Counted from the stretch's first letter, positions 18,256 to 28,707 are shown. The stretch is 64,000 nucleotides of DNA from Sneathiella sp. (GCA_040880045.1 JBBDJF010000094.1:10008-74007); one strand, 5' to 3'. The notes: a model not told the origin generated them from the letters alone. Program-made: numbers and translations.

Positions 18256-18755
18256 AGTCAGGGTTGCGATCATTAATTCTGGCGTTGCTGTTTGCCCCGA
18301 TGGTCTTGCTTTCAACCTCGGCTGTGTTCATAGAGGAGCGACTGGATGATCCAGAGATGGAGGCGAGGGCGAGGGAAATTTCGGCGGGCATCCGCTGCCT
18401 TGTTTGTCAAAATCAATCCATTCTCGACAGCAATGCCGATCTTGCAAAAGACCTGAGACAGATCGTCCGGGAACGTGTTTCCCTTGGTGAAGATGACGAC
18501 AAGGTTCGCGAGTTTCTGGTCATCCGATACGGGGATTGGGTATTGCTGGACCCGCAGTTCAAACTCAGCACGCTTTTTCTCTGGCTGGGACCGGCGGTGA
18601 TTTTTATCATGGGGGCATTTGCAGCGTTTATGTTCCTTCGGGGTCGCAACCGACAGCCTGACATGGAAGTCGCAAACGAACTTACGGCGGACGAAGAAGC
18701 GGAATTGAAGGACTTGATTAATCCCGAAACCGATAGATTCGGGCGTAACTCATGA
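18252..18755 (+). CDS. ccmH: Cytochrome c biogenesis protein CcmH
   Basis: IRCLVCQNQSI, RYGDWVL. Confidence 0.95.
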   Translation: MKSGLRSLILALLFAPMVLLSTSAVFIEERLDDPEMEARAREISAGIRCLVCQNQSILDSNADLAKDLRQIVRERVSLGEDDDKVREFLVIRYGDWVLLDPQFKLSTLFLWLGPAVIFIMGAFAAFMFLRGRNRQPDMEVANELTADEEAELKDLINPETDRFGRNS

Positions 18756-20140
18756 TCTGGATTGTCGCCTCCCTGATCCTGCTGGTCGCTATTACTATTC
18801 TTGCCTTGCCGTTTTTACGTACAGGCCAGATGCGACGCCGTCGTGCGGATCAGGGGCTGGCCGTTTATCGTCAGCAACTGGATGAGCTAGCGGCAGACGT
18901 TGCACGTGGGACAATCGGAAAATCTGAAGCAGAGGCGATGGAACTGGAAATCAAGCGGCGTATGTTACGCTTGGGCCGCTCTGAAAGCCGACCCTCTTCC
19001 TCCGGAGGCAGTCGGCGGCATTGGCAAGTTGTGCTGCTGCTTGGTATTTTTGTTCCAGCGGCTAGTTTCGTCCTTTATGCTGATTTGGGGTCCCCTGATG
19101 ATCCGGCACGACCGCTCGCGGCACGGGACCTCGCGGCCGATGCGGAAGAGCTGCGATCACGGGATGTCGCGCCATTGATCCAACGCGTTATCGACGCATT
19201 GAAGGAACAGCCGGATAACCTTGAAGGCTGGGTGCTTCTCGCCCGGACATTGAGCCGGGTAGAACGATATGAGGAGGCTGCGGAAACCTATAAAAAGGCG
19301 ACGCTACTGGCACCGAAGGCGACGGAACTTTATATCGGCGCGGGGGAAAACTATTATTTTGCGGCTGAAGGGAATGTAACGGCGGCGGCGGAAGAAGCCT
19401 TCGAAAAAGCATTTGCGCTCGATCCGGATAACCCCGGAGCACGTTACTATCTTGCGCTGAGGGATGCCGAAGCCGGAGATAAGGCCGGGGCCCTTCAGAA
19501 ATGGATTGCGCTTTATGAGGAAAGCCCGATGGATGCTCCTTTCATGCCGGTTTTGGCGCGGCGAATAGAACAAACGGCGGAAATGACCGGCACGGAACTT
19601 GGGGATCTGTTCTCTCGTAAAAGCAATCCTGCCGAAGGCAAAGGACCGACGGACAAGGATATAGCCGCTGCAGCGAACATGACTCCGGAAGAGCGGCAGG
19701 AAATGATCGCCTCCATGGTTGAGGGGTTGGCGTTGCGTATGGAGGAGGTACCGGAATTTGACGGGTTAATGCGCCTCGGTCAGGCATATTCCACCTTGCA
19801 AGACTATGAGAAAGCGGTGGAGGCTTATAGTCGGGCGCGTGTGCTGAAACCGGACAATCTTGCCGCGATCGAGGCAGAAGCCTTTGCCCATGTACAAATG
19901 GCGGGAGATGGTGGCATGCCGCCTGCGCAGGCCATCGCGCTCTATCGCATGCTACTTGAGAAAAGCCCGGAGCATCCGCAAGCCCTTTGGTACCTGGGTG
20001 TCGCCGAAGCAGCAGAAGGAAATAATGCAGCGGCCAGCGAACTCTGGCGGCGGCTGCAAGCGGTGACAGAAGAAGGCTCTCCCGTTTATATTGCCGCAGA
20101 AACGGCGATAAAGAGTCTTTCCGATAAGGGCGAAAATTGA
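18752..20140 (+). CDS. ccmI: Cytochrome c biogenesis protein CcmI/CycH (TPR)
   Basis: N-terminal TM, VYRQQLDEL, LYADLGSP, multiple TPRs. Confidence 0.92.
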   Translation: MIWIVASLILLVAITILALPFLRTGQMRRRRADQGLAVYRQQLDELAADVARGTIGKSEAEAMELEIKRRMLRLGRSESRPSSSGGSRRHWQVVLLLGIFVPAASFVLYADLGSPDDPARPLAARDLAADAEELRSRDVAPLIQRVIDALKEQPDNLEGWVLLARTLSRVERYEEAAETYKKATLLAPKATELYIGAGENYYFAAEGNVTAAAEEAFEKAFALDPDNPGARYYLALRDAEAGDKAGALQKWIALYEESPMDAPFMPVLARRIEQTAEMTGTELGDLFSRKSNPAEGKGPTDKDIAAAANMTPEERQEMIASMVEGLALRMEEVPEFDGLMRLGQAYSTLQDYEKAVEAYSRARVLKPDNLAAIEAEAFAHVQMAGDGGMPPAQAIALYRMLLEKSPEHPQALWYLGVAEAAEGNNAAASELWRRLQAVTEEGSPVYIAAETAIKSLSDKGEN

Positions 20141-20178
20141 TACCGTGTCACTTTAAGTAACCGAAAGATTAATGGTCA

Positions 20179-20742
20179 TTGACGTCAATAAATCCAGATG
20201 ACTATGCCTTTGAGCGCAAGATTCCCGCAGGCGACAATATGGAGCGTCATGTCTGCGCCGATTGCGGTTGGGTACATTATGATAATCCCAAGATCGTTGT
20301 GGGGTCGGTCGTTATCTTTGAAGAAAAGTTCCTGCTCTGCAGGCGCGCGATTAACCCGCGCAAGGGATTCTGGACCCTTCCGGCTGGATATCTTGAACAG
20401 AATGAGACGACCGCAGCCGGCGCCATTCGTGAGGCCTATGAAGAGGCAACGGCTGAAATTCATATTCGCGACCTGCTTGCCGTTTACAGCGTAACGCATA
20501 TCAGTCAGGTACAGATCATGTATCGATCCATCCTTAAAGAGCCAGAATTCTCGGCGGGCCCTGAATCGCTTGAAGTCAAGTTGTTCAACTGGGCAGATAT
20601 ACCCTGGAATGATCTTGCCTTTCCAACTGTCTATTGGGCGCTACATCAGTATCAGGAAATCAAGGATAAAGAGAGTTTCACTCCCTTTTCCAATGCTGTT
20701 GGTGACATGCTTGAAAAGTCACTTGAGATTATACGCCGCTAA
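20179..20742 (+). CDS. NUDIX hydrolase (NUDT23-like, ADP-ribose/FAD pyrophosphatase family)
   Basis: CADCGWVHYDNPK, GFWTLPAGYLE, REAYEE, IPWNDLAF. TTG start is uncertain. Confidence 0.85.
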   Translation: MTSINPDDYAFERKIPAGDNMERHVCADCGWVHYDNPKIVVGSVVIFEEKFLLCRRAINPRKGFWTLPAGYLEQNETTAAGAIREAYEEATAEIHIRDLLAVYSVTHISQVQIMYRSILKEPEFSAGPESLEVKLFNWADIPWNDLAFPTVYWALHQYQEIKDKESFTPFSNAVGDMLEKSLEIIRR

Positions 20743-20766
20743 CCGGCACGAAAAAGGAAAATCAGA

Positions 20767-21525
20767 ATGAAAAAGACAATGGCCGCAGTTGTCATAGGTG
20801 CGCTAGTCGGGCTTGGTATCAACATGAATGCGCAGGCCGGGTTGCTGGACAACCTTCAAAAGAAGATTACGGACTCGGCGTCTTCTGTGACAGGTGGTTC
20901 TGGCAGCAGCGCCACAAGCAATCTTTCTACCATCCAGATAATCGAGGGCCTCAAGGAAGCCCTGCAAGTCGGAACGGAAACGGTCGTAAGTCAGATCGGG
21001 ACGACAGGCGGATATAATGACGATCCGGCCATTCATATTCCACTCCCGGAAAAGATGCAGCAGGCGCAGTCACTGATGAAGAAATTCGGCCTTTCCAGCA
21101 TGGCCGACGATCTGGAGGAGCGGTTGAACCGCGGTGCGGAGGCGGCCGCGCCGAAAACCAGGGAAATCCTTATGAACGCGATATCCGAAATGACAGTCAA
21201 GGATGCGCAGGGCATTTACAACGGACCCGATGACGCGGCAACGCAGTATTTTCGGAAAGTGTCAACCGGGGAGCTGACTGAAACCATTCGCCCGATCATC
21301 GAGCAATCACTGCAGGACGTCGGTGCGATTTCCCTCTATGACCGTCTGGTTGCGCAATATAAGACTTTTCCGCTCGTCCCGGATATTAAGTCCAACCTGA
21401 CAGATTATACGACGGATATGACACTTGAGGGGCTGTTTCATTATCTGGCAGAAGAGGAAGCCGCCATTCGCAACGATCCGGTTAAGCGGACAACGGAAAT
21501 CCTGACCACCGTTTTTGGAAACTAG
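20767..21525 (+). CDS. DUF4197 secreted protein
   Basis: Signal peptide; GLKEAL, LNRGAEAA, AATQYF, GLFHYLAEEE…IR.DP. Confidence 0.9.
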   Translation: MKKTMAAVVIGALVGLGINMNAQAGLLDNLQKKITDSASSVTGGSGSSATSNLSTIQIIEGLKEALQVGTETVVSQIGTTGGYNDDPAIHIPLPEKMQQAQSLMKKFGLSSMADDLEERLNRGAEAAAPKTREILMNAISEMTVKDAQGIYNGPDDAATQYFRKVSTGELTETIRPIIEQSLQDVGAISLYDRLVAQYKTFPLVPDIKSNLTDYTTDMTLEGLFHYLAEEEAAIRNDPVKRTTEILTTVFGN

Positions 21526-22370
21526 GCGGTGGCCTGTTTCAGGTAATCAGTGATGAGGTGCTCATAACGCGGAAGCGATTTATACGCCCGCATATCGGCA
21601 TTCATGGTTTGCAGGCCATGCAGAAGTCGTTTCGCCCGGCTCCCGCTTTCGCATACTTCAGCAAGGCTGCTGTTGAAGATCCGGATGGTGAATAGAATGT
21701 CCGGGTCATCGCCAAGCCGTTGCAGGGTTTGACGTTCTACCCGGAAAAAGATCTTACTGCCGACATTTTCCCGGGCGATTGATGTGTCAACCGCTCGTTC
21801 CTCGCGCCACCAGCTGGGCTGAAACAGCGCGCTGCTGTCATATAATCCCCAGTTAAAGCGCTCTACTTTTTTACCGGCTCTCAGATTGCGGAAAAAACGG
21901 TCGATGGGTTTGCCGATGCGCGAATTCAGTCCGGGAACCGGTTGGTGAATGGCCTGCATAACCTTGCCGACTTTCTCCGGCAGGCTCCAACCGGTCGGAA
22001 AGCAGACACAAGCCGCTGCAAGGGCGTATCCTTCGGCACATTCCCGCATTAGGACGAGATCTTCCTGCACCAAAAGTGCCGCACGAATGAGCGAACTTGT
22101 CTCATCTTCCACTGAAGAGGATGGCGTAATTTCGGGATGGTTGGCAGCAAGCTCTTCCGTCACCAGACGGAAGATTTTCTGTTGCGCGGTATAGCTTTCC
22201 GCTGTCTCGGCATAGACCTGATCACGACGCTCCCGAAGCAGTTTGTTCTTTTCCGCGATATCCCGAGCATAGTTTTGATCAGTGTCGATCCATGAACGGT
22301 CTTTCAAGGCCTGGAGGCCCATACTCAAGCGAAAATCAGTGCCGTCGAGAGGAAAGTATCGGAGGCTCAT
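21522..22370 (-). CDS. DUF3445 / heme-dependent oxidative N-demethylase alpha-subunit-like protein
   Basis: VQEDLVLM, CFPTGW..EKVG, IHQPVPG, RFNW, RVERQTL.RL, LFTIR. Confidence 0.85.
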   Translation of the reverse strand: MSLRYFPLDGTDFRLSMGLQALKDRSWIDTDQNYARDIAEKNKLLRERRDQVYAETAESYTAQQKIFRLVTEELAANHPEITPSSSVEDETSSLIRAALLVQEDLVLMRECAEGYALAAACVCFPTGWSLPEKVGKVMQAIHQPVPGLNSRIGKPIDRFFRNLRAGKKVERFNWGLYDSSALFQPSWWREERAVDTSIARENVGSKIFFRVERQTLQRLGDDPDILFTIRIFNSSLAEVCESGSRAKRLLHGLQTMNADMRAYKSLPRYEHLITDYLKQATA

Positions 22371-22942
22371 GCGTCCGGAGTGGTTTTTTCTTGATTGCTA
22401 TGCCGGGTTATCAAGGGCACCTGCGCGACGAAAAACAGGAAGGTTGCGGCTGTGAAGCCAAAAACCTTGGCATTTACCCAAATTTCGGTTGAGAAATTCC
22501 GCCAGATGACTTCATTTGCAATGGCCATCAACAGGAAAAAAACCGCTAGTCGGACTGTAAGCTTTTTCCAGCCCGCATCATCCAGGTTCCAGAAATTGTC
22601 AAACAGGATTTTGATGAAGGATTTTCCAAGCATTAGACCGACGAACAAAACAGCCGCAAAAATCGCGTAGATGATTGTCGGCTTCATCTTGATGAAGGTT
22701 TCGTCATTGAGATATAAGGTGAGGCAGCCAAAAACCATTACGACCACGGCTGTGACCAACGGCATCATCGGCAGGGTTCGGGTGTAGTAATAGGAAATGG
22801 CAAGCGCAAGCAGCGTTGTGACCATGATGGCTGCGGTCGCGATAAACAGATTGCCAAAATAATAGGCCGCAAAGAAAATCAGTATTGGCCCCAGCTCTGT
22901 CGCCGGTTTCAATCCTTTGGGCATCGGTTTGTTGCTGGTCAT
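22367..22942 (-). CDS. ispZ: Inner membrane septation protein IspZ/YciB
   Basis: ELGPILIFF, FIKMKPTI, NEVIWR, WVNAKVFG. Confidence 0.93.
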   Translation of the reverse strand: MTSNKPMPKGLKPATELGPILIFFAAYYFGNLFIATAAIMVTTLLALAISYYYTRTLPMMPLVTAVVVMVFGCLTLYLNDETFIKMKPTIIYAIFAAVLFVGLMLGKSFIKILFDNFWNLDDAGWKKLTVRLAVFFLLMAIANEVIWRNFSTEIWVNAKVFGFTAATFLFFVAQVPLITRHSNQEKTTPDA

Positions 22943-22957
22943 GGATACATGGTCCTG

Positions 22958-23899
22958 TTAGTTGCTGCCGACGCCGGACAGGGCGCGGGCGAAGTCCGTT
23001 GCGGCGAAGGCTTGCAGGTCATCTTCGCCTTCGCCAATACCAATTGCATGGACCGGCAGGCCGAAACGATCCGAAATCGCGACGAGAACACCGCCTCGTG
23101 CAGTGCCGTCCAGCTTGGTCATGACCAACCCGGTGACACTGCAGATTTTCCCAAAAATTTCCACCTGGTTCAGGGCATTCTGGCCCGTCGTCGCATCCAG
23201 TACCAGAAGGCACGAATGCGGTGCATCCGGGTCGAGCTTTTTTATGACGCGAAGAATTTTCTCAAGTTCCGCCATCAAGTCGGATTTATTCTGCAAACGT
23301 CCCGCCGTATCGATCAGCAATAAATCGGCACTATCATTCTTTGCTTTCTCAAGGGCAGTATAGGCGAGCCCGGCCGCATCGCCGCCAACTTTGGTGGTGA
23401 CAACGTCACAGCCTGTGCGTTGTCCCCAGACTTGCAACTGTTCAACCGCTGCCGCGCGAAACGTATCGCCTGCGGCAAGAACCACTTTTTTGCCCATGGC
23501 ACTGTATTGTTTCGCAAACTTGCCAATGGTCGTAGTTTTGCCCGAACCATTGACCCCGACAACCAGAACTACATGGGGTTTGCGGTTTTCCAGAAGTTCG
23601 AAGGGTTTCGCCACCGGATCGAGAATGGCGGCAACCTCATCGGCCAGAGCGTTGCGGATTTCTTCCGGTGCGATTTCCTTATCATAGCGGGATTTTGCGA
23701 TGTTGGCCGAAATGCGGGCCGCTGTCGAAACGCCAAGGTCGGCGCTGATCAACAGTTCCTCCAACTCCTCTATGACATCATCATCAAGCTTGCGTTTCGT
23801 GAAGATATCGGAAATTCCACTCGATATCGCGCCGGAGGAACGTTTCAGCCCATCGCTTAAACGCCGTAGCCAGCCTTTTTTCTCTCTTGCTTCACTCAT
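22958..23899 (-). CDS. ftsY: SRP receptor FtsY
   Basis: GVNGSGKTTTIGK, DTFRAAA, DTAGRLQN, TKLDGTARGG. Confidence 0.97.
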   Translation of the reverse strand: MSEAREKKGWLRRLSDGLKRSSGAISSGISDIFTKRKLDDDVIEELEELLISADLGVSTAARISANIAKSRYDKEIAPEEIRNALADEVAAILDPVAKPFELLENRKPHVVLVVGVNGSGKTTTIGKFAKQYSAMGKKVVLAAGDTFRAAAVEQLQVWGQRTGCDVVTTKVGGDAAGLAYTALEKAKNDSADLLLIDTAGRLQNKSDLMAELEKILRVIKKLDPDAPHSCLLVLDATTGQNALNQVEIFGKICSVTGLVMTKLDGTARGGVLVAISDRFGLPVHAIGIGEGEDDLQAFAATDFARALSGVGSN

Positions 23900-25176
23900 C
23901 ACGCGTTCTGTTCTGTTGCGCAGGCGAGCAACTTCCTGCCGTCCGTGCCACTGATAAATACGGTAACTATGTCGCCGCCGGTTGCGGTAAACTCGAGATC
24001 CACCGGCGCGTAATGCAGGGTTCGGCCAGTTGTCTCATTTTCGACCAGCACGGACTGTTCCGTTCCGACCAGACTTTCAAGAAACTGCGCGAGATTACGC
24101 TCTCCCGCATGGCGGAGGGCGGCAGCGCGGGTTTTGCGAATATCGCCCGGAACCTGCGGCATTTTCGCGGCGGGCGTGCCGGGGCGGGCGGAATATGGGA
24201 AAACATGCAGATAGGTAATATCGCATTCCTCAACAAGTTTTAAACTGTTCTCCGCCATTTCATCAGTCTCGGTTGGAAACCCCGCAATGATATCTGCACC
24301 GAAAACAACGTCGGGCCGGAGCTTGCGGGCCCTTTCGACAAAGGCATAAACATCCTCTCTCAGGTGCCGACGCTTCATCCGCTTCAGGACCATATCATCT
24401 CCGGCCTGAAGGCTTATATGAAGATGTGGCATCAGGCGGGGTTCGGTCTCGATCAGGTGCCACAAGTCCTCATCCACTTCCACCGGATCGAGTGAAGAGA
24501 GACGCAAACGTCTAATTTGCGGTACGGCGGCAAGCAGACGGCGGCACATCTGGCCTAATGCTGGCCGACCCGGCAGATCCTCACCATAGGCGGTGATGTC
24601 AACACCCGTCAGGACAAATTCCTTATACCCATTCTGGGCTAGGGAGCGTGCCTGATCAACAATGGCACCAAGTGGAACGGACCGGCTGTTGCCACGACCG
24701 TAGGGGATAATGCAGAAAGTGCACCGATGGTTGCAGCCATTCTGGATCTGCAGGAAGGCCCGGGCGCGACCATCAAATCCCTCTATCAGATGACCCGCGG
24801 TTTCTTCCGCAGACATAATATCATTGACCTGCACCCGCTCGCTTTGTTCCAGGCCGAAAGAGTGCGGTTCCAGTTTTTCTAGATTACCGAGAATTTGGTC
24901 AACCTCTGGCATTTTCGCAAACTGGCCGGGGTTGGTCTGGGCGGCACAGCCTGTAACAATGATTTTTGCCTCCGGGTAATCACGGCGCGCTTTTCGCACG
25001 GCCTGCCGGGCCTGACGTTCGGCTTCATTGGTGACGGCACAGCTGTTGATGATGACAGCATTGGTCATGCCCGCCGCTGTTGCATGGCCGCGCATGACTT
25101 CGGATTCATATGTGTTGAGGCGGCACCCGAAAGTAATAACCTCTGGCGCGGCAAGTGGTTTTATCCCCCCCATCAT
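23899..25176 (-). CDS. mtaB: tRNA t6A37 methylthiotransferase MtaB
   Basis: TFGCRLN, NSCAVT, radical SAM CNHRCTFC, FPYSARPGTPA; conserved dapF-mtaB-ftsY order. Confidence 0.93.
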   Translation of the reverse strand: MMGGIKPLAAPEVITFGCRLNTYESEVMRGHATAAGMTNAVIINSCAVTNEAERQARQAVRKARRDYPEAKIIVTGCAAQTNPGQFAKMPEVDQILGNLEKLEPHSFGLEQSERVQVNDIMSAEETAGHLIEGFDGRARAFLQIQNGCNHRCTFCIIPYGRGNSRSVPLGAIVDQARSLAQNGYKEFVLTGVDITAYGEDLPGRPALGQMCRRLLAAVPQIRRLRLSSLDPVEVDEDLWHLIETEPRLMPHLHISLQAGDDMVLKRMKRRHLREDVYAFVERARKLRPDVVFGADIIAGFPTETDEMAENSLKLVEECDITYLHVFPYSARPGTPAAKMPQVPGDIRKTRAAALRHAGERNLAQFLESLVGTEQSVLVENETTGRTLHYAPVDLEFTATGGDIVTVFISGTDGRKLLACATEQNA

Positions 25177-26012
25177 GCGGCTCCCTTAAACAAGTCAGTA
25201 CTCAGAAAACCGCTGAAGGAGGTTGCAATTGCTCCGCCCATAAAGATATGACCATTTTCGTCGATACGCATATCGAGCGGCCCGCCGTTAAGATGCAACC
25301 TGGCGCTTTTACCTGCAAGTCCGCGGATGTTGGCGGCAATCATAGTGGCGCAGGCCGCCGACCCACAGGCAAGCGTGATTCCGACGCCGCGTTCCCAGAC
25401 CCGCAGCCGAAACTCACCGTCACCCATTCTACTGACAACGCTGATATTGGCTTTTTCTGGAAACAGCGGGTGTGTCTCCGCGATCGGGCCCCATTTTTCA
25501 AGATCAACAGCCTCGGCGTCATCGACAAAGAAAACCGCGTGGGGATTGCCCATATTGACAGCAACCGGATCGGAGAGGGGGCCGATTTCAAGCTGCACAT
25601 GCGCGGTGTCCGCGGCTTGCGATAAGGGGATCTGCTGCCATTCAAGCCTTGGCTTTCCCATATCAATGACAATGTCTCCGTGGTCGCCTCTTGTTCCGGC
25701 CAGCAATCCGGCGCGCGTTTCTATGATAATATCTTCCTTGCCACTTTCCTGCATAAGCATATGTGCAACGCAGCGCGTAGCATTGCCGCAGGCTTCAGCT
25801 TCGCTTCCATCCGCGTTATAAATACGCATGAAAATCTCAGCATCCGGACTACCCGGTTCCATGACAATAAGCTGGTCATAACCAACGCCGCGATGCCGAT
25901 CGGCAATCGCACGCAAGGCGGCAGCCGAAAGTTCGGGCAGTCGTTCACGTCCGTCAATAATGACGAAATCATTGCCAAGACCGTGCATCTTTATGAAGGG
26001 TATCGGTTCCAT
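25173..26012 (-). CDS. dapF: Diaminopimelate epimerase
   Basis: KMHGLGNDF, NADGSEAEACGN, MGNPH, WERGVGITLACGS. Confidence 0.97.
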   Translation of the reverse strand: MEPIPFIKMHGLGNDFVIIDGRERLPELSAAALRAIADRHRGVGYDQLIVMEPGSPDAEIFMRIYNADGSEAEACGNATRCVAHMLMQESGKEDIIIETRAGLLAGTRGDHGDIVIDMGKPRLEWQQIPLSQAADTAHVQLEIGPLSDPVAVNMGNPHAVFFVDDAEAVDLEKWGPIAETHPLFPEKANISVVSRMGDGEFRLRVWERGVGITLACGSAACATMIAANIRGLAGKSARLHLNGGPLDMRIDENGHIFMGGAIATSFSGFLSTDLFKGAA

Positions 26013-26119
26013 AACCCGCGATATAGGCGTTTGTACGCTTCCGGTCCAGCATATTTATGGACGATAAGCCATGAGTTCTGCTTGACTTATGACGATGACT
26101 GTGGCTAATTCCGGCCACT

Positions 26120-26220
26120 CAAGACAACTGAGTCGCAACATAGAAGTACCATTTGGGTATCCGCCAGCCCGCGAGTTTCGCGCCCTGGCGCTTTTTTGCG
26201 TTGTTTGAATCAGTCGTCGC
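26120..26220 (+). ncRNA. Structured ffh 5' leader (likely alphaproteobacterial ffh RNA motif)
   Basis: Nested hairpins TACC/GGTA and CGCCAG…GCGA/TCGC…CTGGCG followed by a T-run, downstream of CTTGAC-N17-GCTAAT and upstream of ffh. Confidence 0.55.
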
Positions 26221-26261
26221 GAGATGGAATTGCAACGTAGTTTGGGCAGGTTAGTTACCGA

Positions 26262-27623
26262 ATGTTCGAAAGTTTGACAGGCAGACTGGGTGAAGTCCTT
26301 GGACGGTTGACCAAGCGCGGGGCCCTTTCGGAAGCGGATGTCTCGGAGGCTATGCGCGAAGTGCGTGTTGCCCTTCTTGAGGCGGATGTTGCGCTGCCGG
26401 TCGTCAAGAGCTTTATCAAGCGGGTCAAAACCAGAGCTGTTGGTACGGAAGTCCTGAAATCCGTAAACCCGGCGCAAATGGTCATCAAGGTCGTTCATGA
26501 TCAGCTGATCGAGATGCTGGGATCCGAACATCAGGAATTGAACCTGGTGGCAGTGCCGCCGGTCGTCTATATGATGGTCGGCCTGCAGGGTTCCGGTAAA
26601 ACCACTTCAACGGCGAAAATCGCCAAATGGCTGACGGAAAAACAGGGCAAGAAGGTCATGATGGCCTCCCTCGACGTGCGCCGTCCCGCCGCCCAGGAAC
26701 AGCTTAAAATTCTTGGTGAACAAACGGGTGTGGCCACGTTGCCGATCGTTGTCGGGCAAATGCCGGTGGATATTGCGAATCGCGCCGTTCAGTCGGCGCG
26801 GTTGCAGGGTATCGATGTTGTCCTTCTCGATACAGCCGGCCGTCTGCATGTGGATGAAGAGTTGATGGCCGAGATGGATGCGGTCCATCGCAACACCCAC
26901 CCTACGGAAACCCTGCTGGTTGTTGACAGCCTAACAGGCCAGGACGCGGTCAATGTGGCCGAGCAGTTCAAGGCCCGCGTCGATGTAACCGGCATTGTCA
27001 TGACCCGTATCGACGGCGACGGACGCGGTGGCGCGGCCCTTTCCATGCGTGAGGTAACCGGCTGTCCCATCAAGCTGTTAGGCACGGGCGAAAAACTTGA
27101 CGCGCTGGAAGCTTTCCATCCCGATCGAATTGCCAACCGCATTCTTGGCATGGGCGATATTGTTTCGTTGGTTGAAAGGGCGTCCGAGACCATTGAGAAG
27201 GACGAAGCTGAAAAGCTTGCCCTTAAAATGCAGAAGGGCATGTTCGACCTTGATGACCTCGCGAGCCAGCTGCGCCAGATGCGTAAAATGGGAGGCATGA
27301 ACGGGTTGCTTGGGATGCTGCCGGGTGTCGGCAAAATGAAGAAGCAACTGGATTCAGCTAACCTCGACGACAAGCTCCTGGTCCGCCAGGAAGCCATGAT
27401 CCAGTCGATGACGCCAAAGGAACGGCGAAACCCGCAAATTATTGCCGCTTCCCGCAAGAAGAGAATTGCCGCGGGGTCCGGCATGACCGTTCAGGATGTC
27501 AACCGTTTGCTGAAACAGCATAAGCAGATGGCGGGCATGATGAAAAAAGTGAAGAAACTCGGCAAAAAAGGTATCGCACGCGGAGGCATGCAGGGCCTTT
27601 TGCCGCCGGGAATGAAATTGTAA
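26262..27623 (+). CDS. ffh: Signal recognition particle protein Ffh
   Basis: [28 protein letters not shown], Met-rich M domain. Confidence 0.98.
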   Translation: MFESLTGRLGEVLGRLTKRGALSEADVSEAMREVRVALLEADVALPVVKSFIKRVKTRAVGTEVLKSVNPAQMVIKVVHDQLIEMLGSEHQELNLVAVPPVVYMMVGLQGSGKTTSTAKIAKWLTEKQGKKVMMASLDVRRPAAQEQLKILGEQTGVATLPIVVGQMPVDIANRAVQSARLQGIDVVLLDTAGRLHVDEELMAEMDAVHRNTHPTETLLVVDSLTGQDAVNVAEQFKARVDVTGIVMTRIDGDGRGGAALSMREVTGCPIKLLGTGEKLDALEAFHPDRIANRILGMGDIVSLVERASETIEKDEAEKLALKMQKGMFDLDDLASQLRQMRKMGGMNGLLGMLPGVGKMKKQLDSANLDDKLLVRQEAMIQSMTPKERRNPQIIAASRKKRIAAGSGMTVQDVNRLLKQHKQMAGMMKKVKKLGKKGIARGGMQGLLPPGMKL

Positions 27624-27658
27624 CCGAAATTGAGTCTGTTAAAGGAAAGAATCTAAAT

Positions 27659-28111
27659 ATGGCATTGAAAATTCGCCTCACCCGTCAGGGTGCTAAAAAG
27701 CGGCCTTTCTATCGTGTCGTCGTTGCTGAAGCCAGCAGCCCGCGCGATGGACGGTATATCGAACGTCTGGGCACATACAACCCGATGCTGCCAAAGGATA
27801 GTGCGGATCGTGTTTCTCTGGATGCCGACCGCATTCAGTACTGGATTGGTAATGGCGCCAAGGCGACAGATCGTGTTGTCAGCCTGATGGCAGTTGCCGG
27901 CCTTGGTGAAAAGCCGGCTCGCAGCAACCCGGAAAAAGCCAAACCGAAGGCCAAGGCGCAGGAGCGTCTACGCGTGCAGGCGGAAGCAAAGAAAGCGGCG
28001 GAAGATGCCGCGGTTGAAGCTACAGCGGCTCCGGCTGAAGAAGCTGTGGCGGAAGAAGCTCCTGTTGAAGATGCTTCGGCTGACGAGGCTGATCAGAAGG
28101 CGGAAGTTTAA
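27659..28111 (+). CDS. rpsP: 30S ribosomal protein S16 with acidic C-terminal extension
   Basis: [21 protein letters not shown]…PRDGR.IE.LG.YNP. Confidence 0.97.
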   Translation: MALKIRLTRQGAKKRPFYRVVVAEASSPRDGRYIERLGTYNPMLPKDSADRVSLDADRIQYWIGNGAKATDRVVSLMAVAGLGEKPARSNPEKAKPKAKAQERLRVQAEAKKAAEDAAVEATAAPAEEAVAEEAPVEDASADEADQKAEV

Positions 28112-28123
28112 GGGCGTATCGTT

Positions 28124-28672
28124 ATGCCGCAGGCAAGCATGTTGCTGCTGGGCGTGATCGTCGGGGCAAAAGGTATCAAGGGCGAGTTGAAGGTGAAAAG
28201 CTTCACTGAAAACCCCGAAGATATTGTGGCCTACGGTCCCTTGCAGGATCAATTGGGAAAAACGACTTATAAATTGAAAGTTGTCGGACTCAGCAAAGGT
28301 TTGCCGGTCGTGCGAATTGAGGGTATATCAGACCGCAACGCAGCCGAGGCCCTAAAGGGGACAGAGCTTTATGTTGCGCGGGACCGGTTGCCCGAGACAG
28401 AAGAAGTGGAAGAATATTATCACGTCGATCTTATCGGCCTGCCGGTATTCTTTCAGGATGGAATGAAATTCGGAACAATCCTGCGTCTGCATGACTTTGG
28501 TGCAGGGGACATGCTGGAGATCGTGCCGGAAAGCAAAGGCGATAGATCGGCGGTACTGGTTCCCTTTACCGTCGAAATGGTGCCCGAGGTGGATATTTCG
28601 GGAGGCCGGGTTGTCGTTGAGTTGAGTGAGGATTTTTTTGAAAATCCGGAGTCTCCGCAAGGCGCGGTATAA
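28124..28672 (+). CDS. rimM: Ribosome maturation factor RimM
   Basis: GIKGELKV, DRNAAEALKG, EYYHVDLIG, FGAGD. Confidence 0.95.
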   Translation: MPQASMLLLGVIVGAKGIKGELKVKSFTENPEDIVAYGPLQDQLGKTTYKLKVVGLSKGLPVVRIEGISDRNAAEALKGTELYVARDRLPETEEVEEYYHVDLIGLPVFFQDGMKFGTILRLHDFGAGDMLEIVPESKGDRSAVLVPFTVEMVPEVDISGGRVVVELSEDFFENPESPQGAV

Positions 28673-28707
28673 GTCGTAGCGCGAGGTGACGGGTGACGGG
28701 AAAGCGG

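Noticed and set aside
20179-20280. NUDIX zinc ribbon with only one CxxC pair, possible truncation or pseudogene
   Set aside because: The ORF and Nudix box are intact and no frameshifted upstream CxxC is visible; treated as a natural variant.
27960-28111. Ala/Glu-rich repetitive tail of S16, and the Pro/Glu/Ala-rich linkers of SucB
   Set aside because: Ordinary low-complexity extensions and linkers, well known for these proteins.
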